Positions 13,290-25,742 of a stretch of DNA of 64,000 nt are shown in pieces. Source of the DNA: Paraspadella gotoi (lineage: Eukaryota > Animalia > Chaetognatha); NCBI GenBank assembly GCA_051294375.1, contig CM119265.1, positions 9,868,339 to 9,932,338 of the forward strand, in the 5' to 3' direction. The position numbers and the translations under genes were made by a program. The notes under the pieces are model-generated. The model was not told the origin of the DNA, did no database searches, and was given only the letters and a program-made list of their open reading frames with translations. How positions within the stretch are numbered: the first letter of the stretch is position 1; each line of letters begins with the position of its first letter.

Positions 13290-15185
13290 TGCGAGTCGAT
13301 GCTTCTGGATTTTAGGAAGAAAATCCTTAGCGAAGCGGGAAGGAAACAACAAGAATAACAACAACAACAAGAACAACAACCTCAAAAAAGTGATTACTTA
13401 CCTTTTCTTCGTCTTACCCTGACCGATATGGCGAAGACCCCTTTTTTTGCTTCAGCGCAGTGGGTTATTTTGAGAAAGGCAATTTAGAAAGAAGGATTTG
13501 TTTAACCTTAATCTCATTCTCAAAGGTTTTTGGGTGAAGAGAAAGAAAGGGTTGAGGGTCGATAAGTTAAGGCGAGTATGGATTATTTCTTATCTATTTA
13601 AGGAGCCGAACTGTGGAGATGCTGCCATTGTTTCCTCTTACCTCCGTCAGAGGGCGTGGAGGAAGTCGATGAATGATAACGAGGACGAACGAAGTCGACG
13701 AACGACGAAGGAGCAAGCGACCTTTCGACCGGCGACCAGTTCATTGACCTTCAGTTTACGGGGTCGTCAATTTGGATCCGATGGCGTCGCTTTTCTTTTG
13801 TCTTTTCTGGCGGCAGAAGGAGGACGTTGAGGACGAGGAAGAGGAAAATGATGACGACGACGAAGATGATGATAAATCTAAATGTCGACGCGTGACGATA
13901 ATGTTTTCATAGAGACTCGATTCGAGATTAAAGTGGATGTCATGTTTCATCTTGAAATACAGTATTTATAGAGAAGTAATTTATTTAAAGATAACTTCAT
14001 TTCTTCCTCAAACTACATTCGAATGCCCCCCCCTCCCCGATTTATAAATGGTAAATTTATTATGATGAAGATAAAAAGGATTTTTTTCTGATGAAAGACC
14101 GTAGAATTCGATTTCCAAATGTCAGCAGCAGACTATAATATTGCGATGAGATGTCGAGGAAAATTTAGATTTATTGTAAACGTCTTTCATCTTGAAATGA
14201 TATTTGAAGATTAAAAAGTTAGTTAACTTTAACTTTTCGATGCATTAATGCAATATAATTTTATAATTTTGTATTATGGTGATGGTGATAATGTAATTTG
14301 ATGATTTCCGAATGTAAAAAGCAGACGGACATCAAACTCATTCGATGTTCGAAGTATAAGGCGACGAAATATCTCTTTTTATCTTTTTCGAAGAAAAAAA
14401 GATGAGAAAAAAAATGTAATAAACGAGAAAAACGAAATAAAAAAAGAGGAAAGATAAAATGAGAGCGAAAGAGAGCGTAAAATATTATTGAACGAGGTAA
14501 AGAGGGAAGACAGAGAAGAGGAGGAGGAGGGAGGAAGAGGGCGGAAAAAGAGAGGTTGAGAGGATGAGAGCGAATAGGAGGGAATGAAGAGAAGAGGACA
14601 GAGGAGAAGTGGGCGACAGTATTAGGAAGGGAAAGGAAGGAAGTTGAAGAGAGAACTGAATAAGAAGGAAAATAAGGAGAGAAGAACATAAAAAAGAAGG
14701 AATTAAAGGAAGGAATGGAAAAAAGAGAAGGAAGAGAGAAGAGAAGAGGAAAGGTGAAAAAAGGGAAATGAATAAAATAATTCATAAATAATCCTTTACA
14801 TTCGCCGTTTCGCCCCAATGCGTGGGAAAAAAAGGAGAGATTAAGAGGGAAAAGGGTGGAAAAAAAACGACAACGAGTCATAATACTAAATGGCTGTAAA
14901 AAAATGCGACGAATGCTCGATCCGGTCCTATTTTACCAAATTTCACCCTTTCGTATCGAGGTCGCGGAAATAATGTCCTTAATTTTCAATTCCCTTAATC
15001 CTCACGAACGGCGAGTCTTGGTTAACAGAAAGCTTCTCAATCTAACTTAATCCGCGTCCGGTTCCGACTCCGGCTTCCGGCTTCCGGCTTCCGTATATCT
15101 CCCATTTTTCCGTTCTATGTTTTTAGCTCGGGATCTGGTTCTCCTTCCTACTTTTTTTTTACCTTCTCACTCCAACCCTATTTTT

Positions 15186-18011
15186 AGTCGGAGTCTGGCT
15201 TTATCAGCAATCCCGACTCTATAACTCACTTTTTATAACGTCACTTTTTCGGTCCGTCGTTTCCGCCCCCTCAATATTGTCGGCACACACTTATATCATG
15301 TCAGAACATCGATTATGATAACATTATGCAAAAAAAATATGTCCGTCGTCCGTCTGTCCGTCCGTTCCGTCCGTCCGTCCGTCCGTCGTCCGTCCCACCT
15401 TAGCAAAAAACACATTTACTCGTGATTGGATGGATGATTTAAATGAAATTTGTTGTGTGGATAGGTAAGTGTGTGTTGATGAGCTGGATATAAGTTTCGA
15501 TGAATCCGTCCGAGTGGAAATGAGTTTAAATGGAAAAAAAACAAAAAAATATATTCACTATTTTGAACAACCAATTGCTCTATGACGTGGATGGGTTTGA
15601 TTGACTGGAATTGTATTGGGTAGGAAAGTGTGTGATTGGAACAGAAATCAAGTTTCGAGGAATAGTCTGAGTGGAAATGGTGTTTAAAATGGAAAAAAAA
15701 CAAAAAAACTGTTTTACAATTGAGTTATGCTTCTTTTTTCCTTTTATATTAAATGTATCTGAGATGTATTAATAAATCAATAATTAATCATATATCCTAT
15801 TAGTAAATAAATACCAATTATTATATTTAATAGTCCATCCAATTTCCGTCCCATCCGTCCCATCTTTTAGCAAAAAGCTTCCAATAACTCGTGATTGGCT
15901 GGTGATTGAATTAATTTTGATGTGTGTGGGTAGGAAAGTGCCACGTAACCTAATAGTGATAAAGCATAATAATAAAATCCCTGAATCGTGTGAAGGCAGC
16001 AATCGGTTCCTGCTGATAGTGGAAATTAGTTTTAAAAATGGAAAAACAAAGTCGGATTTACTAAAATCTTTTTACTTATGTTTAACCAATAAATACTCCA
16101 ATTATCATAATGGTGGAAGATTGAGTTTGCGAAATTGTGTTTGCCGGTAGGAAAACGTATGACGAAGCTGAATGAAAGTTTCCAGTCTGGAACGTACCGG
16201 TGGAAACTGAGTTAAATGGAAAAAAAGATTGACGTCACATTTACTTGAATCTTTTTATAATTTTACCCAGGGATAGATTGAGGATGAAATTGGTGTGAGC
16301 GGTGTAGGAAAGTGAGTGAAGAGCTGATCTGACGGAATGCAAGTTGAAAAAAATTATGAAAGTTGAAAAATGTTGCAAGTTAAAAAAATCTTAAAAGCAT
16401 AAGGATTTCGTCGCTATTGCATTAAAAAGAGAAGAGAGAGAGATGAGAAAGAGAGAGTGAAGACGAGAGAGAGACCTGATGAGAGAAAGAAGAGAGAGTG
16501 AGATGAGAGAGAGGAAGGAGACATAAATAAAAAATTCTTAAAAGACTCAAGATCGAGCCAGAGCCCACATCATAGAAAATTAATTGAAAAACGGGGAAAA
16601 AAATGAAGATGAATCTGCGATAACGAATTGTTGAAGTTGTACTAGTTGAATTGATTGGGTAATACTAATTGATTGATGTAATAGTAATTATTGATGTAAT
16701 AGGAATTGATTATTGATTCGATGTAATCAATTATTGATGCGATGATATCATTCACTGCTGTGATGATAGTCATTCAGTGATGCGATGATTTGTCATTCTT
16801 GATGCGATGATGTCATTCATTGATGCGGATGATAGTCATAAACAAACCAACAGGTGTATGAGTGAAAGAAGAGAGAGAGAGAGAGAGAGAGAAGAAGACG
16901 AGAGAGAAGAAGAAAGAGAGAGAGAGAGAAAGAGAGAGAGAAGAGAGAGATGAGAAAGAAGAAAGAGAATAAATCCACGAAAATCGTCGGATGAAAATAT
17001 GGGAATTTTTATTGAAAAAAGGCGCGGAATAAATTGGCAATAATAAAAAGTTTTAGAAGGAAAAAAAATATCAGGAATTTTCAAAAACAAACGATCACGC
17101 AAAAGATCGGAAGATAGGACAGGACACACACAGAGAGACAGAGAGACAGAGAGAGAGAGAGAGAAAAAGAGGAGAGAGAGAGAGACAGCCGCTGCAGAGA
17201 AAAAGAGAAAGCAGCATTATATTAATAATTAAAAGAAGAGAGAGGAGAGAAAGCTCTACAGCCCTTTACTCGTTAAGGGAATCAGCTAGTATCTATGCGC
17301 GCACGTAGCGTGAGCTATTCTCTACCAAAGGACCCGGGTTTTTTTCGCGCCCTGTTCGCGGCATTCGTTTTTTACATTAGTGGAACCCACATTATATCTA
17401 AAAAATTTTTTTGTTAAAAAAAAAGAGAGAGAGAGAGGAAAGAGAGGAGAGAGAGGAGAGGAGAGAGAGAGAGAAGAGAAAGAAGCTTGACAGACGCCTG
17501 CAGAGCCGGAACTCGTTTTTAGAAGAAGCAGTGACGGAGAAAAGAGAGAGAGAGAGAGAGCGACATATAATAAAACGTTTTTGTTTTGAAATAAAAACAT
17601 AAACAAATACCCAATATTGATATGAAACATGAGAATTTTAAAGATCTTGATGATTAGAAGCCATATATGAAAATCAATCCCTGATGATATCACACGTTTC
17701 AGAGCCTGATTTGCAAAAAACGCGAGACCGAAGCTAAAGCCGAAAAAAAATCTAGACAGGACGGGGCTTTTGCCCGCCTGGACTCGATAATAAGAGCGAT
17801 ATTTGTTGTTTTGATTAAAATTAACAAACATTAATACTGTCCTGACTCAATTTTAAGGAATCGATGAGTGACAAGCTGAATATAAAATTATAATTAATCT
17901 ATTAATTAATAAATTAATTTAATCTATTATTAATTAATTAATCTTTAATTATTTAATTAATCAATTAATTAAATAATTATCGAGGCAATCCGACATTGTG
18001 TGCTCAAATTG
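15186..18011 (+). mobile_element. Non-autonomous Helentron-associated element (HINE / DINE-1-like), ~2.8 kb
   Basis: Begins TTTTT|AGTCGG...CCGACTCTATAACTCAC (5' hairpin). It has a (GTCY)n microsatellite at ~15341-15395 and internal tandem units, and ends ...ATCCGACATTGTGTGCTCAAATTG|TTTTT. It is homologous end-to-end to 43441-46734 (minus strand) and absent from the inverted copy of this locus (empty T-run at ~30603-30611). Confidence 0.85.
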
Positions 18012-19865
18012 TTTTTCATCCACTTCGCATGTTCTAATTCCTTATCCCGCACTAAATTTTCAACTGCCTTTTCACTTTCTTTTCTGCCTTCCGGCCAGAT
18101 TCCTCTACAAATTCTCATCCCACGATTCCATAGTCGTCGAATACTGCCGTCTTCGCGACGCCCCTCATCGTCGTCTATGGGGACTTTAAATCCACTTAGA
18201 GACCCGTATTTGCGTGCCTGAAAGGTTGGACACCCCTTTAAACTTCACAGATGCTTTTCACCTCCACGGCCTTGAACCCAGCGATCGGGAGGCGTTAAGC
18301 CACACCGTGAACAAAATCCCCACCCGCCCCAGTCACTGACGGCCGCTCAAAAAAATACCCGTCTGATAATAGGGGCACATATACGGCAGATAAGGCAATA
18401 AGCATGGCGTTCTCACTGTTCCCCAATTACACACTGGTGACGACTTGTGTGTGTTCTAACGTGTTCTCTACCCACTCAACCGCCTCTCCTCTGCCGTCGA
18501 GCGACGGAATCCCAGCATAATTTAAAAAAGATTCTCGCGAGAGCGCCAGCCGCCGCTGCGACCGCGTTCTCTGTCACAGCGGCGGCGAGCAGCTGTCGAT
18601 TTTCCTCGTTCTTTACAATTCGAAACTTCTTCCACTGGTGCGGACCTTCTTCATGTGACAATTCGGATACGGCTGTATCCTGCCCTATGCCGTGGCTACA
18701 GTAAACCTTTTATTCCATTCAGCTGTTCCGTCTTATAATTCTAACTGTCTGTTTTGTCTCGTACTGAGTGTTTTTGTCTCAGATTTTTGTTTTCAATCTC
18801 AACTTCTCATCTTACGCTTCATGATGATCGATTCTAACAATGCCTCATATTCTCAACCTCTTTCTATTCTTAATCCGACCCTTCTCTCTCCATGCTCTCA
18901 CTCGCCCTCTCACCCTATTCCCCTCCCCCTCTCCCGCTTCCCTCCCCACCCCCTTCCGCCGTCCTGTATCGAATAAAAAACGATAAATCCCCCGGATCAA
19001 GACGAGGGATTATTCCTAAAGAAATTCGCCCTTTTTTCTCCAGACCCCTCCCACAACCCAGAACCACCATATACCCTTCACAACCCCTTCCCCCTTCTCC
19101 ACCCCGCCCTCTCGCCCCCCACAAGTCTCTCGACGCCAAATTCCCGCAATCGGGCACAACACGTTTCTTAGACCTTGGAATCTCCTTTTCCCTTCTTTCC
19201 TTTTTCTTTTACTCTTTTTATTTCCTTTTCTTCCTTCATTTCTTTCTTTTCTCCTTTATTACTTCCTCCGCTCCTAGACAGGATATTTATACCCGTTTTT
19301 CCTCTCGGCATCCGAGCACGTCTAAGGTGAGCGCCTACAGCTCGAGCTATACAGAGTGGCAGGTGGTACATAGTATGCGCCACCGCTACCACACAGATAG
19401 CATACGAGTGCAATCTGTCGCATAGTCGTCACATGAAGCAGAAAAGCGCGCCAGCGCTCACGAAATCAACGACGCTGGTGACCGCTGTCCTCCTTGCTAT
19501 TCACTATTAGATGACTGCTACCACCTGACTCGGATTTGATAAAGAGGATAAAGAAACAAAAGAAAAAAAAGGGGCAGAATTATCCCTTGATCAATGAGGT
19601 AACGGTGAGCCGGCTTCTCCTCCCTGATTCGTTAATGCTCTAAAACTTAATTTAACTAAGATATATAATCCTAATTCTGCTTTAGCAATTACTCAATACC
19701 TGACTCATAATCTAACTCCTAAGCCTAATAACTACCTAACCGCTTATCCTGAAACCATACTTTCTTTAAGATTAAAAATTTTAATTCGGCCATTTTAATT
19801 ACGCCCCAGAAATGGTGGTATAAAAGTATTTAAATAGAACTAGAGTTGAAAAGAGAAGGTGTGAA

Positions 19866-20087
19866 GTGGAAACTGGAAAGGATGGTGGAAAAATAGGACA
19901 AATGAAAGGATGGTGGAAAAAAGGTGGACTGGAAAGAAGTGGAAAAAAAGGTGGGAAACTGGAAAAGATGGTGGAAAAAAAGGTGGGAAACTAGAAAAGA
20001 TGGTGGAAAAAAAGTTGGGGGACTGGAAGGATGGGGGATAAAAAAAGTGGAAACTCGGAAAGGATGTGGAAAAAAAAAGGTGGAAAT
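19866..20087 (+). repeat. ~31-bp minisatellite (GGAAACTGGAAAGGATGGTGGAAAAAAAGGTG-like), ~7 units
   Basis: Recurrent GATGGTGGAAAAAA motif. It also appears at +7731 and inverted at 28604-28680. Confidence 0.8.
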
Positions 20088-20342
20088 AAACTTGATGAGT
20101 CCGTGAGGGTAGGAGAAGAGGGAGGAGGACGAGGAAGGAGAGGAAGAGCAGGGATTAAGGGAACCTGTCCTTGGTCAAATTCGGGTCAGAAACAGAGAAA
20201 TTGGAAAGACCTCAGAGAGAGAGCAGATAGAGAGAGAGAGAGAGGAGAGAGAGATATTTATATATATATAACCGATGCGAACGAGTGGGAAGGAAAAAAA
20301 TTAAATCCGGTCAAACAGATTGTTCTCACTCTCTCTCTCTTC

Positions 20343-20414
<72 letters not shown>

Positions 20415-20701
20415 CGGCGCGTCAAGTTCGACGAAAATTGTTTTTCTTATGTTCTCATTGAGACGAAAAATAAAGAGTGGCGACGTCGTTGTTGTTGTTG
20501 TTGTTGTTGTCGTTGTTTTCATTTTTTTTGCAGGAGAATTATTGGAGAAATTAATATTGTGCGTGCAGTTTATGCATCGAGGACCAGAGGCGAGGTTCTT
20601 GGTCTGGACAACTATATTGCTTTCCTGCTCGCTTCTTTTTTGTCGTCTTGTCTGTTGTCTGTCTGTCTGTCTCTGTCTGTCTGTCTCTCTCTCTCTCTCC
20701 T

Positions 20702-20734
<33 letters not shown>

Positions 20735-21311
20735 GTCTCGTCCCTCTCTCTCTTCTCTCTCTCTCTCTCTTCTCTCTCTCTCTTCTCTCTCTCTCTCTTC
20801 TCTCGTTCTCTTTCTCTCACACATTCTTTCTATTTGTCATCTTCGTTTATCTGTAGTAAGATTTTAACTAACAATTTACACGCGTTGTTAAAAATAAATC
20901 TTTTCTAAATCATTGAAATTGATACACCTCTCTCTTTAGAAATTTGTCTTCCCTATTCCTCATTTTTCTTCTTTATCTCCTTTTTTCTCATTATTTCAAT
21001 TTTGTCTTTCGTTTCTTTCTCCTTTTTCCTTTTCCTTTCCTCCTCGCAACCTTTTACCCTCAAGGGTCTGAGAACGAGATAATATCGGTAGGACTTTTCA
21101 TGTTTGTTTTATCCAATTGAATTCTCTCGTCTCTCTCTCTCTCTTCTCTCTCTTCTCTCTCTCTCTCCTTCCTCTCTCTCTCGTCTCTCTCTCTTCTCTT
21201 CTCTCTCTCTCTCATCCCTCTATAAATCAACACATTGAAACTCATTCTCAACTCGCTTCAACATTTCGTGCGTACCGGTCGTTCCANNNNNNNNNNNNNN
21301 NNNNNNNNNNN

Positions 21312-21595
21312 GAGAGAATTAATGGAAAAACAAACCATGAAAATTCCTACCGATTTATTCTCGTTCTCAACCCTTAGGGTAAAAAGGTTGCGGAGGAAAG
21401 AAAAGGAAAAAAGGAGAAAAGAAAACGAAAGAAAAAAATTGAACTAATAGAAAAAAGGAGATAAAGAAAAAAATGAGGAATAAGGAAGACAAGATTTCTA
21501 AAGAGAGATGGTGTAATTCAATTCAAATATTTAGAAAGATTTATTTTTAACAACGCGTGTAAATTTGTTTAGTTGAAAATCTTTAAAACAGATAA
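21312..21595 (-). repeat. Fold-back copy of ~20846-21128 across a 25-N gap
   Basis: Reverse complement with indel-type differences, e.g. AACAACGCGTGTAAATT vs AATTTACACGCGTTGTT. Confidence 0.85.
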
Positions 21596-22916
21596 GATGA
21601 TGATAAATCTAAATGTCGACGCGTGACGATAATGTTTTCATAGAGACTCGATTCGAGATTAAAGTGGATGTCATGTTTCATCTTGAAATACAGTATTTAT
21701 AGAGAAGTAATTTATTTAAAGATAACTTCATTTCTTCCTCAAACTACATTCGAATGCCCCCCCCTCCCCGATTTATAAATGGTAAATTTATTATGATGAA
21801 GATAAAAAGGATTTTTTTCTGATGAAAGACCGTAGAATTCGATTTCCAAATGTCAGCAGCAGACTATAATATTGCGATGAGATGTCGAGGAAAATTTAGA
21901 TTTATTGTAAACGTCTTTCATCTTGAAATGATATTTGAAGATTAAAAAGTTAGTTAACTTTAACTTTTCGATGCATTAATGCAATATAATTTTATAATTT
22001 TGTATTATGGTGATGGTGATAATGTAATTTGATGATTTCCGAATGTAAAAAGCAGACGGACATCAAACTCATTCGATGTTCGAAGTATAAGGCGACGAAA
22101 TATCTCTTTTTATCTTTTTCGAAGAAAAAAAGATGAGAAAAAAAATGTAATAAACGAGAAAAACGAAATAAAAAAAGAGGAAAGATAAAATGAGAGCGAA
22201 AGAGAGCGTAAAATATTATTGAACGAGGTAAAGAGGGAAGACAGAGAAGAGGAGGAGGAGGGAGGAAGAGGGCGGAAAAAGAGAGGTTGAGAGGATGAGA
22301 GCGAATAGGAGGGAATGAAGAGAAGAGGACAGAGGAGAAGTGGGCGACAGTATTAGGAAGGGAAAGGAAGGAAGTTGAAGAGAGAACTGAATAAGAAGGA
22401 AAATAAGGAGAGAAGAACATAAAAAAGAAGGAATTAAAGGAAGGAATGGAAAAAAGAGAAGGAAGAGAGAAGAGAAGAGGAAAGGTGAAAAAAGGGAAAT
22501 GAATAAAATAATTCATAAATAATCCTTTACATTCGCCGTTTCGCCCCAATGCGTGGGAAAAAAAGGAGAGATTAAGAGGGAAAAGGGTGGAAAAAAAACG
22601 ACAACGAGTCATAATACTAAATGGCTGTAAAAAAATGCGACGAATGCTCGATCCGGTCCTATTTTACCAAATTTCACCCTTTCGTATCGAGGTCGCGGAA
22701 ATAATGTCCTTAATTTTCAATTCCCTTAATCCTCACGAACGGCGAGTCTTGGTTAACAGAAAGCTTCTCAATCTAACTTAATCCGCGTCCGGTTCCGACT
22801 CCGGCTTCCGGCTTCCGGCTTCCGTATATCTCCCATTTTTCCGTTCTATGTTTTTAGCTCGGGATCTGGTTCTCCTTCCTACTTTTTTTTTACCTTCTCA
22901 CTCCAACCCTATTTTT

Positions 22917-25742
22917 AGTCGGAGTCTGGCTTTATCAGCAATCCCGACTCTATAACTCACTTTTTATAACGTCACTTTTTCGGTCCGTCGTTTCCGCCCC
23001 CTCAATATTGTCGGCACACACTTATATCATGTCAGAACATCGATTATGATAACATTATGCAAAAAAAATATGTCCGTCGTCCGTCTGTCCGTCCGTTCCG
23101 TCCGTCCGTCCGTCCGTCGTCCGTCCCACCTTAGCAAAAAACACATTTACTCGTGATTGGATGGATGATTTAAATGAAATTTGTTGTGTGGATAGGTAAG
23201 TGTGTGTTGATGAGCTGGATATAAGTTTCGATGAATCCGTCCGAGTGGAAATGAGTTTAAATGGAAAAAAAACAAAAAAATATATTCACTATTTTGAACA
23301 ACCAATTGCTCTATGACGTGGATGGGTTTGATTGACTGGAATTGTATTGGGTAGGAAAGTGTGTGATTGGAACAGAAATCAAGTTTCGAGGAATAGTCTG
23401 AGTGGAAATGGTGTTTAAAATGGAAAAAAAACAAAAAAACTGTTTTACAATTGAGTTATGCTTCTTTTTTCCTTTTATATTAAATGTATCTGAGATGTAT
23501 TAATAAATCAATAATTAATCATATATCCTATTAGTAAATAAATACCAATTATTATATTTAATAGTCCATCCAATTTCCGTCCCATCCGTCCCATCTTTTA
23601 GCAAAAAGCTTCCAATAACTCGTGATTGGCTGGTGATTGAATTAATTTTGATGTGTGTGGGTAGGAAAGTGCCACGTAACCTAATAGTGATAAAGCATAA
23701 TAATAAAATCCCTGAATCGTGTGAAGGCAGCAATCGGTTCCTGCTGATAGTGGAAATTAGTTTTAAAAATGGAAAAACAAAGTCGGATTTACTAAAATCT
23801 TTTTACTTATGTTTAACCAATAAATACTCCAATTATCATAATGGTGGAAGATTGAGTTTGCGAAATTGTGTTTGCCGGTAGGAAAACGTATGACGAAGCT
23901 GAATGAAAGTTTCCAGTCTGGAACGTACCGGTGGAAACTGAGTTAAATGGAAAAAAAGATTGACGTCACATTTACTTGAATCTTTTTATAATTTTACCCA
24001 GGGATAGATTGAGGATGAAATTGGTGTGAGCGGTGTAGGAAAGTGAGTGAAGAGCTGATCTGACGGAATGCAAGTTGAAAAAAATTATGAAAGTTGAAAA
24101 ATGTTGCAAGTTAAAAAAATCTTAAAAGCATAAGGATTTCGTCGCTATTGCATTAAAAAGAGAAGAGAGAGAGATGAGAAAGAGAGAGTGAAGACGAGAG
24201 AGAGACCTGATGAGAGAAAGAAGAGAGAGTGAGATGAGAGAGAGGAAGGAGACATAAATAAAAAATTCTTAAAAGACTCAAGATCGAGCCAGAGCCCACA
24301 TCATAGAAAATTAATTGAAAAACGGGGAAAAAAATGAAGATGAATCTGCGATAACGAATTGTTGAAGTTGTACTAGTTGAATTGATTGGGTAATACTAAT
24401 TGATTGATGTAATAGTAATTATTGATGTAATAGGAATTGATTATTGATTCGATGTAATCAATTATTGATGCGATGATATCATTCACTGCTGTGATGATAG
24501 TCATTCAGTGATGCGATGATTTGTCATTCTTGATGCGATGATGTCATTCATTGATGCGGATGATAGTCATAAACAAACCAACAGGTGTATGAGTGAAAGA
24601 AGAGAGAGAGAGAGAGAGAGAGAAGAAGACGAGAGAGAAGAAGAAAGAGAGAGAGAGAGAAAGAGAGAGAGAAGAGAGAGATGAGAAAGAAGAAAGAGAA
24701 TAAATCCACGAAAATCGTCGGATGAAAATATGGGAATTTTTATTGAAAAAAGGCGCGGAATAAATTGGCAATAATAAAAAGTTTTAGAAGGAAAAAAAAT
24801 ATCAGGAATTTTCAAAAACAAACGATCACGCAAAAGATCGGAAGATAGGACAGGACACACACAGAGAGACAGAGAGACAGAGAGAGAGAGAGAGAAAAAG
24901 AGGAGAGAGAGAGAGACAGCCGCTGCAGAGAAAAAGAGAAAGCAGCATTATATTAATAATTAAAAGAAGAGAGAGGAGAGAAAGCTCTACAGCCCTTTAC
25001 TCGTTAAGGGAATCAGCTAGTATCTATGCGCGCACGTAGCGTGAGCTATTCTCTACCAAAGGACCCGGGTTTTTTTCGCGCCCTGTTCGCGGCATTCGTT
25101 TTTTACATTAGTGGAACCCACATTATATCTAAAAAATTTTTTTGTTAAAAAAAAAGAGAGAGAGAGAGGAAAGAGAGGAGAGAGAGGAGAGGAGAGAGAG
25201 AGAGAAGAGAAAGAAGCTTGACAGACGCCTGCAGAGCCGGAACTCGTTTTTAGAAGAAGCAGTGACGGAGAAAAGAGAGAGAGAGAGAGAGCGACATATA
25301 ATAAAACGTTTTTGTTTTGAAATAAAAACATAAACAAATACCCAATATTGATATGAAACATGAGAATTTTAAAGATCTTGATGATTAGAAGCCATATATG
25401 AAAATCAATCCCTGATGATATCACACGTTTCAGAGCCTGATTTGCAAAAAACGCGAGACCGAAGCTAAAGCCGAAAAAAAATCTAGACAGGACGGGGCTT
25501 TTGCCCGCCTGGACTCGATAATAAGAGCGATATTTGTTGTTTTGATTAAAATTAACAAACATTAATACTGTCCTGACTCAATTTTAAGGAATCGATGAGT
25601 GACAAGCTGAATATAAAATTATAATTAATCTATTAATTAATAAATTAATTTAATCTATTATTAATTAATTAATCTTTAATTATTTAATTAATCAATTAAT
25701 TAAATAATTATCGAGGCAATCCGACATTGTGTGCTCAAATTG
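22917..25742 (+). mobile_element. Same HINE insertion repeated inside the (likely artefactual) exact duplication
   Basis: Appears identical to 15186-18011 at offset +7731, flanks included, so it is not an independent insertion. Confidence 0.8.

Noticed and set aside
15060-15095. ETS-site cluster (CCGGAAG x3 on minus strand)
   Set aside because: It is explained by a 7-bp tandem repeat (CCGGCTT)n, with no independent support.
15400-16330. CRISPR-like repeat/spacer array
   Set aside because: The units are long, degenerate tandem copies without unique spacers, in a eukaryotic context with no cas genes.
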